Shown here one piece after another: positions 10,173-20,101 of a stretch of 64,000 nt of DNA. Under the pieces are notes generated by a model, which saw only the letters and a list, made by a program, of their open reading frames with translations, was not told the origin of the DNA and ran no database searches. This DNA is from Candidatus Bathyarchaeota archaeon (GTDB taxonomy: Archaea; Thermoproteota; Bathyarchaeia; Bathyarchaeales; Bathycorpusculaceae): the NCBI GenBank assembly GCA_963770935.1, contig CAVYRJ010000007.1, positions 69,105 through 133,104 on the forward strand, in the 5' to 3' direction. The position numbers and the translations under genes were made by a program. Position 1 is the stretch's first letter. Each line of letters begins with the position of its first letter.

Positions 10173-10787
10173 ATGTCTGCTAAAACTCAACAGAGAAAAT
10201 TCGTTTCAGTTGACCCAGGCAAATGCATTGGTTGCGGAATCTGCGAGTACGCTTGCACCGTGGAAAAGGGTGAAGGCATCTGGAATCCTCTTAGGTCCAG
10301 AATCAGGGTTGTCCGCATGGCACCTATCTTCAATTTTGCTTTAACTTGTCGAGGGTGCCAAGATGCAAGATGTGTAAAAGCGTGTCCCGAACGAGCTCTC
10401 TCACAATCAGAAAGTACAGGATTACTACTTATTGATCAGGATAAATGCAAGGGCTGCGATTGGTGTGTTCAAGCCTGTGAACATGGAGGAATCACCATTC
10501 ATTCTGAAACAGGAAAAGCTATCGCATGCAACCTCTGTGAAGGCGAACCAAAATGCGTCGAATCCTGTCCAGAGGAAGCCTTAGAAATTGTTGAGTCAGA
10601 CGAAGCAGCCGAAAAACGTTTCAATGACGCATTCACAAACCTGGCAGCGCAAACAGAAAAATTAACTGCAGCCGTCAAGAGCAAAGATTGGAAGCCGCTG
10701 TTAGCTACTGCCGAAAAACGTTCTGAGAAAATCACAGAGAAACTGCAAGCCTTAAACAAGAAGGAAAAAGCTAAAAAACAAAAATAA
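10173..10787 (+). CDS. 4Fe-4S dicluster (polyferredoxin-like, DmsB/HydN-type) protein
   Basis: CIGCGICEYAC, CRGCQDARCVKACP, CKGCDWCVQAC, CNLCEGEPKCVESCP; helical C-terminal tail. Confidence 0.9.
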   Translation: MSAKTQQRKFVSVDPGKCIGCGICEYACTVEKGEGIWNPLRSRIRVVRMAPIFNFALTCRGCQDARCVKACPERALSQSESTGLLLIDQDKCKGCDWCVQACEHGGITIHSETGKAIACNLCEGEPKCVESCPEEALEIVESDEAAEKRFNDAFTNLAAQTEKLTAAVKSKDWKPLLATAEKRSEKITEKLQALNKKEKAKKQK

Positions 10788-10796
10788 CTTTTTTCC

Positions 10797-11660
10797 TTAC
10801 AACAAGTTTCCTTCGTAACCACGCAGAAGACTGTCGATGTCTAATCCGACTTTCTCGCCAACGTAACCGCCTTCCAGAACAAAGAAAGCTGGTTTTTTTA
10901 ATTGTGCTACTTTTTTGCCGATCTCAAAATAGTCCTGCTCAACTAAGCCTAAAGTAGCTAAATCACCTTGATGTGTGTCAAAGCCTGCGGAAACTGCTAC
11001 GGCCTCAAACTTGGCTAAATCAACCATACTTAATGCTTTGTCGAGAGTTTCCAAATATCTTTTTCCGCCAAGATCCCCTGGTAAGGCGAAGTTTATGCAG
11101 TTGCCCTCTGTGAAGTTGCCTGTTCCAGGGTAATTGGGTGACTGGTGAAGGGAAACATAAGTTACTTTTGGGTCGCCTTGAAAAATTTCTTGCGTACCGT
11201 TTCCATGGTGTCCATCGATGTCTAGGATCAAGGTGTGTTTCCCTGATTCTTTGACTGCTATGGCGATGTTATTTAGGTAGCAGAATCCACGAGTGTAAGC
11301 TCCCAGTGCAGCACCGTTCCTTCCAACGTGGTGTCCAGGTGGACGCATAAGCGAAAAACCATTAATCTTGCTCGCTAAGAGTGCACTGCCAGCCGAGAGT
11401 CTAGCGAACTCATAGATGTTGTTGTATGCAGGTGTATCTGAATCTTCAACTAACCCTTTTTTTACGTTAAAAAGGTAATCAGCATCATGAATTCCTAGCA
11501 GTTCCCAATCGTCTGCTGGCGAGGGCTCCACAAACTCCCGACCCTTGGATTCCAAAATGTCATGCGCTCCTTTTACTCTCTGAGGTCCTTCAATGTGCCA
11601 TGTGCCATAGCCTAAGCATTTTTCTGAATAGACTATTTTTGTTTTCATCGCGGGTTGCAT
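10797..11660 (-). CDS. Histone deacetylase family amidohydrolase (Zn-dependent)
   Basis: RPPGHH, GFCYLNN, ILDIDGHHGNGTQ, SAGFD, LEGGY. Confidence 0.93.
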   Translation of the reverse strand: MQPAMKTKIVYSEKCLGYGTWHIEGPQRVKGAHDILESKGREFVEPSPADDWELLGIHDADYLFNVKKGLVEDSDTPAYNNIYEFARLSAGSALLASKINGFSLMRPPGHHVGRNGAALGAYTRGFCYLNNIAIAVKESGKHTLILDIDGHHGNGTQEIFQGDPKVTYVSLHQSPNYPGTGNFTEGNCINFALPGDLGGKRYLETLDKALSMVDLAKFEAVAVSAGFDTHQGDLATLGLVEQDYFEIGKKVAQLKKPAFFVLEGGYVGEKVGLDIDSLLRGYEGNLL

Positions 11661-11745
11661 CCATTAGACACATAAGTACGCTTTCACATTTTAAAAACAT
11701 AACTAGCCAAAATTAACATTACCGAAGTAATCGGAGACAAAGTTC

Positions 11746-13695
11746 ATGGTCGCTCAGAATCCATTTGACAACTTTCGCCAAGAATGCCAAACTACATTAG
11801 CAAACGCATTAAACAAGACTCTGCCTGAAATCAAACAAGCCACAATAATTCTAAACAAAACACCAAACATCGAATATGGACAATTAGCTTCATCTCTGTG
11901 CTTTGAGATGGCAAAAAAACTTGGACAGAAACCAATCGTTTTAGCCAAGCAACTTGTCGACGCCATGGACAAATATAGTTTCTGTCTCATTGAGAAGGTT
12001 GCGCCTGCAGGTGCAGGATACATAAACTTCTATGCTAACTTCGCCAAATTCTCATCTTTAACCTTGAAGTCAGTTAAAGCATTAGGGTTTGAATACGGCT
12101 TTGTAAAAACTGATAAGCCTCAAAAAATAATCGTTGAACATACCAGCGTTAATCCGCTGCATCCCATCCATATTGGTCAAGCCAGAAATCCAATGCTTGG
12201 GGATGCACTGGCGAGGATTCTCCAGTACAGAGGGCATGAAGTTTCACGGCACTATTACATTGATGATGTTGGTCGACAATCATCTGTGGTTGCATATGGG
12301 TATGCTAAACTTGGTAGACCAAAACCTACTGAGAAAGCAGACCTTTTCGTAGGTAAAATATACACAGTTACTAGTTGCCTAGTGGAGATAAATCGCCTAA
12401 AGAAAGCACGCGAGCATGCCAATGCCGTTCATTCAGCTGATGATTTAGTTAAGGCAAACAAAGAAATCGATGAGTGGATGTCGATTGCGGTTGAGCTTAA
12501 AGAAAAGTTTCCTGTGCTTTTCGAGGCGTTAACCGCAGAAATCGGTTTAGATGAGAACCCGGAAGAAGAAATCAACCGGTTGAACCGCGCTTACGAAGAT
12601 GGTGAACCAAACGCAAAACAGCTCATCCGGGAAGTGAGCGATTTGTGCCTTGAAGGCTTTAGGGAAACCATGAAGCGTGTCGGAGTCACTTATGATTCGT
12701 GGGATTGGGAGAGCGATTTCGTTTGGAGCACGCAAGTTAATGATGTTTTGGCAAAGCTGAAGACTTCAATGTTTGTTCATAGCGAAAAGGGCGTGTTGGA
12801 GTTTGACGCTGAAAAGGTTGTACAGGTCTTTGGTTTAAAGGCGAAGTTGGATTTAAGCCCAAACAACGAGGTTCCTCCACTTACGCTTGGACGCGCTGAC
12901 GGCACCACACTCTATACAACCCGAGACATAGCCTATACCCTCTGGAAGTTTAAGCAAGCCCAAAAAGTCATCAACGTAATCGGCATGGAGCAGTCGCTGG
13001 CACAGTTGCAGCTGAAAATTGCGCTTTACGCCATGGGTTATATTGAGTATGCTGAGAACTTGGTGCATTTCGCCTACAACTTGGTTACGTTGCCAGGTTA
13101 CAAGATGAGCAGCAGAAGAGGACACTACATCACGTTTGACGACGTTTTGACCGAAGCGGTTCAACGTGCTTATGAAGAGGTTTCGAAGCGTTCACCGATG
13201 CTCTCTGAGGAGGAGAAACGCACTATCGCCGACTTCGTAGGTTTAGGTGCTGTGCGGTATGCACTCGTCGACGTGGATTCTTCTAAGCCAGTGGTGTTCA
13301 CTTGGGAACGTGTGCTGAACTTCGAAACCAACAGTGCACCCTATGTTCAATATACTCATGCAAGAGCCTGCAGCATCCTTCGCAAAGCTGCGCGTGACCC
13401 CGAAAAACCAATGTTTGAACTGCTAACTGAAAAGCTTGAACACGAACTCATCTTAGCTTTAGCTGGGTTCCCTGACATGTTCATCGAAGCCACAGAATAC
13501 CATAAACCCAACATGATTGCCGACTATACAAACGTACTTGCGGATAAATTCAACACATTCTACAACGCTTATCCCGTGATTAAGGCGGATTCACGAGAGC
13601 TTAGCGATGCTAGAATTGCCTTGACACAAGCAATAAAAACCGTGATGCATAACGCACTTAACTTGATTGGTGTGGTTGCCCCAGAAAAAATGTAG
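11746..13695 (+). CDS. argS: Arginyl-tRNA synthetase
   Basis: VEHTSVNP..PIHIGQARN, DDVGRQ, RADGTTLYTTRDIAY, KMSSRRG, PYVQYTHAR, C-terminal APEKM. Confidence 0.96.
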   Translation: MVAQNPFDNFRQECQTTLANALNKTLPEIKQATIILNKTPNIEYGQLASSLCFEMAKKLGQKPIVLAKQLVDAMDKYSFCLIEKVAPAGAGYINFYANFAKFSSLTLKSVKALGFEYGFVKTDKPQKIIVEHTSVNPLHPIHIGQARNPMLGDALARILQYRGHEVSRHYYIDDVGRQSSVVAYGYAKLGRPKPTEKADLFVGKIYTVTSCLVEINRLKKAREHANAVHSADDLVKANKEIDEWMSIAVELKEKFPVLFEALTAEIGLDENPEEEINRLNRAYEDGEPNAKQLIREVSDLCLEGFRETMKRVGVTYDSWDWESDFVWSTQVNDVLAKLKTSMFVHSEKGVLEFDAEKVVQVFGLKAKLDLSPNNEVPPLTLGRADGTTLYTTRDIAYTLWKFKQAQKVINVIGMEQSLAQLQLKIALYAMGYIEYAENLVHFAYNLVTLPGYKMSSRRGHYITFDDVLTEAVQRAYEEVSKRSPMLSEEEKRTIADFVGLGAVRYALVDVDSSKPVVFTWERVLNFETNSAPYVQYTHARACSILRKAARDPEKPMFELLTEKLEHELILALAGFPDMFIEATEYHKPNMIADYTNVLADKFNTFYNAYPVIKADSRELSDARIALTQAIKTVMHNALNLIGVVAPEKM

Positions 13696-13855
13696 ACTTA
13701 CAAAATAGTTGAAAGCACAAATAAAACAAAAAACCAAACCACCAACATCTGTTTACAACCAAACCTTTCGTGCTCAGTTTTGCTTCTATAAAGGGCTAAA
13801 CCTAAAACAACAAAATAGAAATAAAGTGAAACAAAATAAAAAATTAGTTAGACAT

Positions 13856-14128
13856 TTACTCTAAAGGTTTGACGGGGGCTATTACCTCTTTTTCAAGGCT
13901 TTCTTTTTCAACGCGAGAAGACATAACTGCAACTACTAGCGAAAGCACGGCGATAAACAGATACGGCAGTATATTCGATAAGACAAAAAATGCAACATAT
14001 TCTGCTGGGGCATCAGGACTCGCAATTTGAAGAAGATAGAAAGTGTCGATGGCTGATAAAACCACAAATATTGTGGATGCGATTGCGAAGAAAATAGCAA
14101 CTTTTTGTATGATTTTCAAGTTATTCAT
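13856..14128 (-). CDS. Small membrane protein (two predicted TM helices)
   Basis: ATG start, two long hydrophobic segments, charged tail; no overlap with neighbours. Confidence 0.65.
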   Translation of the reverse strand: MNNLKIIQKVAIFFAIASTIFVVLSAIDTFYLLQIASPDAPAEYVAFFVLSNILPYLFIAVLSLVVAVMSSRVEKESLEKEVIAPVKPLE

Positions 14129-14359
14129 TATTTATCCCTATTATCTTTTGTATGGTGAACTGTCTCATTTTAAGCTATTGCCAAATCTGCTTATTTGGTA
14201 ATCTATTCACACTACTGTTTCACGAGGTCACAAAAATCGGTGTCACCCAATAATTTTTTGCATTTTCTATGGTGTCTTCCAAGATATTTTTTCGTTTATT
14301 TGAGGTAGATTTTTTAGATATGACCGAAATTATTCATAAAAGAAACTTGAGGCGATAAT

Positions 14360-15034
14360 ATGGGACAGTGCTGGGTCATTTGCAAAAAAACATTCAGCGT
14401 CACCTTAGTTTTTAATGCACTTTTATCCATCGGTTGCGCAATGGGCATCCTCTCAGGTCTCTACTGGCGCTACCAGAATTGGCAGCCATTTTCCCCCTAC
14501 CTTGTCAGCGCTAGCGTTTTTTGGGTTCTGATCGTTGCTGCAGTTATTAACATTTTTCCAAGCGCGGGACTCGGGCGCTCCCTACACACCGGTAGGTTGT
14601 TCTTTCACCATTATTTCTACGGCTTTCTAGTTTTACTTTTCTCAGCAGCTTACATCATTTTCTTCACGCCTGTGTCTTTGTTTAACATCTTTTTTGTAAA
14701 CGACACCAGCGTGTCAGTTAACGTTGGCAGGGTTTTCTTGCTGGGTGGAGGTGCTCTGGTTTTAGATGACCTTCCAGATGTTCATGGAAGAATTGATTCA
14801 TTCCTCTGTTGGCTAAAAACTAAAGCTGGGCAAGGCGGAAAAATAATCTCTGCATTGCAACTGATAACTGGCGCAGTCTCGTTCTACCTCTTTGTCGCAA
14901 TCACTCTGGCTATGAATCAAGATTCCTCGTACATTACCATAGCTAACTTAGTCGTACTTGTTTCCGTGTTCATAACGAGTATTACCTCACTCATTTTTTT
15001 TAAAAGAAAAATATGGCTAAAAATTCAGTGCTAA
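14360..15034 (+). CDS. Multi-pass membrane protein of unknown function
   Basis: Several hydrophobic segments with polar motifs FHHYFYG and GALVLDDLPD; SD-like GAGG upstream. Confidence 0.75.
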   Translation: MGQCWVICKKTFSVTLVFNALLSIGCAMGILSGLYWRYQNWQPFSPYLVSASVFWVLIVAAVINIFPSAGLGRSLHTGRLFFHHYFYGFLVLLFSAAYIIFFTPVSLFNIFFVNDTSVSVNVGRVFLLGGGALVLDDLPDVHGRIDSFLCWLKTKAGQGGKIISALQLITGAVSFYLFVAITLAMNQDSSYITIANLVVLVSVFITSITSLIFFKRKIWLKIQC

Positions 15035-15120
15035 ATACTTAACATCCCCCACTTGTCAGGCGTTCTCGCAATAACAAATTTCATATACAAGCCCAATAAT
15101 GTAAAACGAGGTGCAAACTA

Positions 15121-16191
15121 ATGGTTAACGATTCATATTTCCAAAAGAAACTTGAACCGATCAGGGTTACAAAACAGAAACCGATTTCACAGCTTTTAAA
15201 AGAAATGGGCAAAACTGCTTATCAAGGACGCAAACTAGGCGAAGCCGTTGACGTTTGGGAGAATATGATTAATTCAAAAGACACCGTAATTGCCATGGGT
15301 TTTGCGGGTTCCATGAGCACAGCGGGTCAATGGACAATTATTAATTGGCTTATGGAAAACCGTTTCATCGACGTGCTGGTCTCCACGGGCGCTAACGTTA
15401 GCGAAGACATCGTTGACGCAATGGGTTTGGGTTACTGGCAGGGAAGTCACATGGTAGACGACGCGACGCTCCTCAAAGATGACGTGAACAGGTACTACGA
15501 TGTTTACGGAAAAGAAACTGATTACCGTAAAATGGAAGAATTAGTCACAGACTTTGTCATGACTTGTAAAACCGAATACAACTATACGTCAGCGGAATTT
15601 CTCTATTTACTCGGCAAATACCTTGGCAAGAAAAAAATTCCCGCCATCTCCGCAGTTGCCGCAGCCAATGGTGTCCCAATCTTTAGTCCAGCTATGGTTG
15701 ACAGCGCATATGGCGAAACCTTCCTTTTAGCCAAAAACCAAGGACACACCGTCCACATTGACTCTGTCAAGGAATTTGACCAGTTCGTCAGCATTGGCAC
15801 AAAGACTAAGGAAGTCGGTGTTGTCTACATCGGCGGCGGAGTCCCCAAAGACCTGACCCAACTAATCGCCATATCCGTCTCGCCGATGACCTGCGACCAA
15901 GGCGTCAAAGGCAGAAAAGGCGGCTTACGCAAAAGCCTACAAGAATACTACTACCCCCACAAATACGCAATCCAAATCACTACCGACTCTCCGCAGTGGG
16001 GCGGATTAAGTGGATGCACACTGGAAGAAGCAATCAGCTGGGGAAAAATTAACAGCCAAACCGGCACTCGAGCAGTCTGCTATTGTGACGCAACCATCGC
16101 ATTACCCCTCATCTGCCACGCACTCGCTGAGCGTGTACCTGAGAAACGAAAGGGGCCAGACATGAGTTGGCTGTTTAAAGACGTCCAATAA
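15121..16191 (+). CDS. Deoxyhypusine synthase-like protein (divergent paralog)
   Basis: GSMSTAG, LVSTGAN, PAMVDS, IGGGVPKD, GGLSGCTLEEAISWGK (catalytic Lys kept), CDATIALP. Confidence 0.9.
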   Translation: MVNDSYFQKKLEPIRVTKQKPISQLLKEMGKTAYQGRKLGEAVDVWENMINSKDTVIAMGFAGSMSTAGQWTIINWLMENRFIDVLVSTGANVSEDIVDAMGLGYWQGSHMVDDATLLKDDVNRYYDVYGKETDYRKMEELVTDFVMTCKTEYNYTSAEFLYLLGKYLGKKKIPAISAVAAANGVPIFSPAMVDSAYGETFLLAKNQGHTVHIDSVKEFDQFVSIGTKTKEVGVVYIGGGVPKDLTQLIAISVSPMTCDQGVKGRKGGLRKSLQEYYYPHKYAIQITTDSPQWGGLSGCTLEEAISWGKINSQTGTRAVCYCDATIALPLICHALAERVPEKRKGPDMSWLFKDVQ

Positions 16192-16205
16192 ACGCCTTAT
16201 CTTTC

Positions 16206-17165
16206 TTATTTTTTCTTTTTACTTAACCTTGTTAAGAGCGAGCTTGTCATTATTGGCATTACTACGGTGGCGTCGCCTTCTATCATGATTCTTTTTGCTT
16301 TTTCGCTGATTTTTCCCCATGAAACTGCTTCGCGTGGTCTTGCGCCGCTTAGGCTTCCATCCCATTCATCTGCGGTGCTAATGTAGACCACAAAGTCTAA
16401 GCCGTCTTTGAATTGGTTCCACCAAATCGTGTGGTGCTTGCTGATGCCGCCGCCAACGATGAGGGCGCCGCTTTTCTTAGCGTCGAAAACGATATTGTTG
16501 AGGTCGCCTTCGTCTTTAAGCAGGTTAATCCTGAAATCCTTGTGATCTTGGCTGAAGAACCATAATTGGTAGCCTACTGAGCCGTCAGTTATGCCTGGCA
16601 CGAAAACTGGTATGTTGTTTTTAGCTGCCCAGTAAAGAATTGAGCTTTCATTGCAGCAGCGTAAGCCGATTTCGCGGCAGAGTTCAGTGGTTGAAAATTC
16701 TTTTTTGCCTTCTTTATAGAGGTCTTCAAGCATGCCGATGATTTTCTTTTCGATGATAACGCCATAGCTGTCGTTTGGCACAAGCACATTACCTAAGCGG
16801 TTTAATCCTTCTTGGTGCAGTTTGGAATCGTTCATGATGAAGCTGCCCTTGTAGTAGTCTTTCCAGCAACGGGCAACATCATGGTCTAAAGTGCCGCATG
16901 TAGTGATTAAGATGTCAACAAGACTGCGTTTAACCAGCTCTTTAATTACGCCTCGCGTACCAGTCGCACATATGTCTGCCGGGAAGGAGAGGAACTTGAC
17001 ACAGCCCTTTGAATTAATCATAGATTCCATGATGCTTACGCCTACAGCAAGCTTTCCTGCGGTGAAACCCCACGCAGCATCCATCTGGCTAACGAGTTCA
17101 TCTACTGACATTTTCTCTGTGAACTGGTAATCTTTCACGGCTACTTTATGTGCTTCTTTAGGCAT
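16206..17165 (-). CDS. dys: Deoxyhypusine synthase (canonical archaeal type)
   Basis: ITTCGTLDHD, NRLGNVLVPN, PGITDGSVG, GGGISKHH, GSLSGARPREAVSWGK, EGDAT. Confidence 0.92.
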   Translation of the reverse strand: MPKEAHKVAVKDYQFTEKMSVDELVSQMDAAWGFTAGKLAVGVSIMESMINSKGCVKFLSFPADICATGTRGVIKELVKRSLVDILITTCGTLDHDVARCWKDYYKGSFIMNDSKLHQEGLNRLGNVLVPNDSYGVIIEKKIIGMLEDLYKEGKKEFSTTELCREIGLRCCNESSILYWAAKNNIPVFVPGITDGSVGYQLWFFSQDHKDFRINLLKDEGDLNNIVFDAKKSGALIVGGGISKHHTIWWNQFKDGLDFVVYISTADEWDGSLSGARPREAVSWGKISEKAKRIMIEGDATVVMPIMTSSLLTRLSKKKK

Positions 17166-17225
17166 ACAACTGACTCCTACACCTGTTTAAGAAACATAAA
17201 ATAAATAGGTGTCGAAACAGCGGCG

Positions 17226-18116
17226 CTACTCTGAAAGATAACTGATGATGCGTTGGTAGATGTCTTTGTCGCTGGAGTCTTCGTAGCCTGCGTAGATGCT
17301 TGGGTTATCGTTAACTTCGACGACCACGTAGTCGCCGTTGACTTCTTTGATGTCCACGCCATAGAGTCCCTTGCCGACAACATTGCACGCTTTCAAAGCT
17401 ACTTCCCGGAGTCTCGCAGGCATGTCCCTTTTCTGTGAACTTACAGTTCTGCCCCAAATCACAGTTGGTTTGCCGCGAAGTTTGGCGCCATGCTTCCATT
17501 TGCCCTTAGGAATCATATATTTGCAGACATACAGCACATCGTTGTTTAGGACGCCAACTCTCCAGTCAAACGCTGTCGGCGTAAACTTTTGGATGGCTAA
17601 AACATCAGATTTCTTAAAGAACCGCTTGGCAACCTCACGAAAACTAGTTTCACAAGCAGCTTTTTCCACATAACGGGAGAAACTAGTGTATGGAGCCTTT
17701 ATGACAACTGGTTTTCCGAGCTCTTCAAAGATGTCATTGATCTTTTTGCGGTGCAAATCATCCTTATTTAAGAACACAGTGGGAATGTGTGGAACATTGT
17801 ACTTTTCGAAGAGTGCATATTGGTGGATTTTGTTGCCGCATACCGTGATGGATTCGGGGTCGTCGATGACTTTTATGCCTAGTTCCCACGCGGTTTTGGA
17901 AACCACATAAGCCGTGTTTAGGGGGTCTGTTGTTGCCCTGATGAAGACGGAATCGTATTTTGGCACGTCAGAAATGTTTTCGCGGAATAGGAAGTTGAAT
18001 TGGTTGCCTGATTTTTCAGCTGCTAATTTGAAGTTGGCAAGCGCGCCTTCCTCACGGGGATCAGTAAAATTATATTTCTCAACAAAACAAGCGATCTTAG
18101 ACACCGAAGGGTACAC
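17226..18116 (-). CDS. RimK-like ATP-grasp ligase
   Basis: VIDDPESI..CGNK, PVVIKAP.TSFS..V.K, QKFTPT.FDWRVGVL, YGVDIKE, VVEVNDNPSI. Confidence 0.9.
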   Translation of the reverse strand: MYPSVSKIACFVEKYNFTDPREEGALANFKLAAEKSGNQFNFLFRENISDVPKYDSVFIRATTDPLNTAYVVSKTAWELGIKVIDDPESITVCGNKIHQYALFEKYNVPHIPTVFLNKDDLHRKKINDIFEELGKPVVIKAPYTSFSRYVEKAACETSFREVAKRFFKKSDVLAIQKFTPTAFDWRVGVLNNDVLYVCKYMIPKGKWKHGAKLRGKPTVIWGRTVSSQKRDMPARLREVALKACNVVGKGLYGVDIKEVNGDYVVVEVNDNPSIYAGYEDSSDKDIYQRIISYLSE

Positions 18117-18798
18117 CCTGCTCAGAAATGAGCAAAACCTCTTTGGATATTATTTGCAAGTCCTGTTCGGAAAGCTCCTCTTTCTCTACGGGTTGCAGCC
18201 CACACAAATAAGCTTTATCTACAGTTTTTTGTATGTGAAGTTTGCAAATTGGGATTTTGAAAGTTACAAACACCTTTTTGGCGATTGATTCTGTCTCTGG
18301 ATCAGCGCCTGCAACCTTGCCAAAGAAGCTTTTAACAGTTAACACTTCACCCTTAAGTGGTTGAGCGCAAACAGCGAATTTATAATTCATCCCTAAGCTT
18401 TTCATAGCGCGATAGAGTGCGCTTTTGTTCTGGGCAATTTTGAAGCCATCGTAAATGAATGGGTTAACCGCGAACAAAATTACTGGTAAACCAAGCTCCG
18501 TAATGATTTTTTTAACTGAATCGGTGACGAGGTTGGGCAATGTTGGCACCCCCGCCTTCGCCGCACGGAGTAGAAGTAATGGGGTTCGGCTGGAATCGAT
18601 AATATTTTCGCATGATGGGACAACACGGTTGCCTAAAATCTCCGCGTGCATAGATACATAATAACCCGCTTTCATGTAGCGATATTCATTGCTGATGTTG
18701 AGCGTTGGTTCTTTGATTGTGGATTCTAAAAACGATGCAGGTTTTATTACTCGTAGATTAGCTGTTAGGTCGATGTTTGAGACGACCAACACGGTCAT
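18097..18798 (-). CDS. RLAN-domain protein (RimK-like ATP-grasp N-terminal domain) with degenerate ATP-grasp-like C-terminus
   Basis: EYRYMKAGYYVSMHAEILGNRVVPS matches the recalled RLAN pattern; overlaps the downstream ATP-grasp gene. Confidence 0.7.
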   Translation of the reverse strand: MTVLVVSNIDLTANLRVIKPASFLESTIKEPTLNISNEYRYMKAGYYVSMHAEILGNRVVPSCENIIDSSRTPLLLLRAAKAGVPTLPNLVTDSVKKIITELGLPVILFAVNPFIYDGFKIAQNKSALYRAMKSLGMNYKFAVCAQPLKGEVLTVKSFFGKVAGADPETESIAKKVFVTFKIPICKLHIQKTVDKAYLCGLQPVEKEELSEQDLQIISKEVLLISEQGVPFGV

Positions 18799-18905
18799 GA
18801 GACACCAGGTAATTGAAAGGCGTTATTCGTGCAGTTATATTTAAAATTAACTATTAATATATCAGCATCTCAAGTTAACGCTGAACAAAAAAAGGGGCAA
18901 AAACA

Positions 18906-20093
18906 ACGTATAAACCGCTAGAAGTCCTCGGACCAGAACACGAATACTCGCTGGTCGACAAAGATCTGAAAGTTTTGCCAATCGCCAACAAAATCATCAA
19001 GGGCTATTGTGGGAGGATCATAAACTTCATTGAACTTCCCAAGTTTACATTTGGAAAAGAAATGCAACTTCACGTTATGGAAATCAAAGCTAACACCCCA
19101 TTCAAAACGCCCACAGAATTTGAAGAAACCATGCAAGTCGCCGTAGAAACCCTCAGTCAAATAATACAAAAACACGGCGCTATGCTGCTTGGAACAGGCA
19201 TGCACCCGCAAATGAACCTCAAAGACACTGAAATCTGGCCTCACTACCACAGAAAAATCTACCGGCAATACGGCAAACTCTTTAACCTAAACCAGCATGG
19301 ATGGCTAAACATACAGAGCTTCCATTTGAATTTGCCTTTCGAAAAAGAAGCTGATGCTATCCCAATCCACAACCAACTCGCCAACCTATGCGCTTACTTG
19401 CCCGCGATTTCTGCTTCCTCGCCAATCTTTGAAGGCAAAAAAGGATCCGACATTGACAACCGATTACAATTCTACAAAGTAAACCAGAAAGAGGTCCCTT
19501 CCGTAACGGGCGAAGTCATTCCCGAATATACTTCTTCACTTAATCAGTACAAGCGTGATGTAATTGGGCGGTATTCAATGGATTTGGAGAGTGCAGGTGC
19601 AGACAAAACCCTGCTGCATCGGGAATGGGTTAATTCGCGAGGTGTGATTTTCCGTTTTGACCGCCGCGCTCTCGAAGTTAGGGTGATAGATGAGCAGGAA
19701 TGCGTTAAGTTGGATGTGGCGCTGGCATGTTTTGTGCGGGCTGCCCTCAGAGGTTTGATTGCGTCAAACGCAGAGCTTCTCCCTCATGATGTTTTAGTCA
19801 AAGACTTAAACGCGGTTATCAAGGATGGGCTTTATGCTAAAGTTTTAAGTCCAAATGGTAGGTCTGCGCGGGAGGTGTGCCGATTCTATCTCAAATTAGC
19901 TCTTGAGTATTCGGAGGATGATGAGAAAAAGTACTTGTGGCTAGTTGAGAAGCGGATTGAGGAAGGTAGCCTCTCTGAACTTATACGGGTAGACGTTTCT
20001 AAGCGCGCCCAAAAAACAGATTTCCATGAGGGCATCATAGATGTTTATTCAAGGCTTATTAAGTGCCTCTCCGATAATCAACCCTACTTTTAG
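18906..20093 (+). CDS. Glutamate-cysteine ligase family 2 (GCS2-like carboxylate-amine ligase)
   Basis: The open frame extends upstream of the track's TTG (18975) to include GPEHEYSLVD; also MEIK, GTGMHP, QSFHLN, SASSP, NSRGVIFRF, EVRVIDEQ; start uncertain (ACG 18906 proposed). Confidence 0.85.
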   Translation, partial: TYKPLEVLGPEHEYSLVDKDLKVLPIANKIIKGYCGRIINFIELPKFTFGKEMQLHVMEIKANTPFKTPTEFEETMQVAVETLSQIIQKHGAMLLGTGMHPQMNLKDTEIWPHYHRKIYRQYGKLFNLNQHGWLNIQSFHLNLPFEKEADAIPIHNQLANLCAYLPAISASSPIFEGKKGSDIDNRLQFYKVNQKEVPSVTGEVIPEYTSSLNQYKRDVIGRYSMDLESAGADKTLLHREWVNSRGVIFRFDRRALEVRVIDEQECVKLDVALACFVRAALRGLIASNAELLPHDVLVKDLNAVIKDGLYAKVLSPNGRSAREVCRFYLKLALEYSEDDEKKYLWLVEKRIEEGSLSELIRVDVSKRAQKTDFHEGIIDVYSRLIKCLSDNQPYF

Positions 20094-20101
20094 GTGCCCC
20101 A

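Noticed and set aside
9888-10190. 100-aa minus-strand ORF
   Set aside because: It overlaps the pseudogene tail, the promoter region and the start of the 4Fe-4S gene; it has no motif.
10797-11660. HDAC-family enzyme as a histone modifier linked to the histone or Lys-rich peptide
   Set aside because: It is about 28 kb away, and this family also acts on acetylpolyamines and other proteins; there is no evidence for the link.
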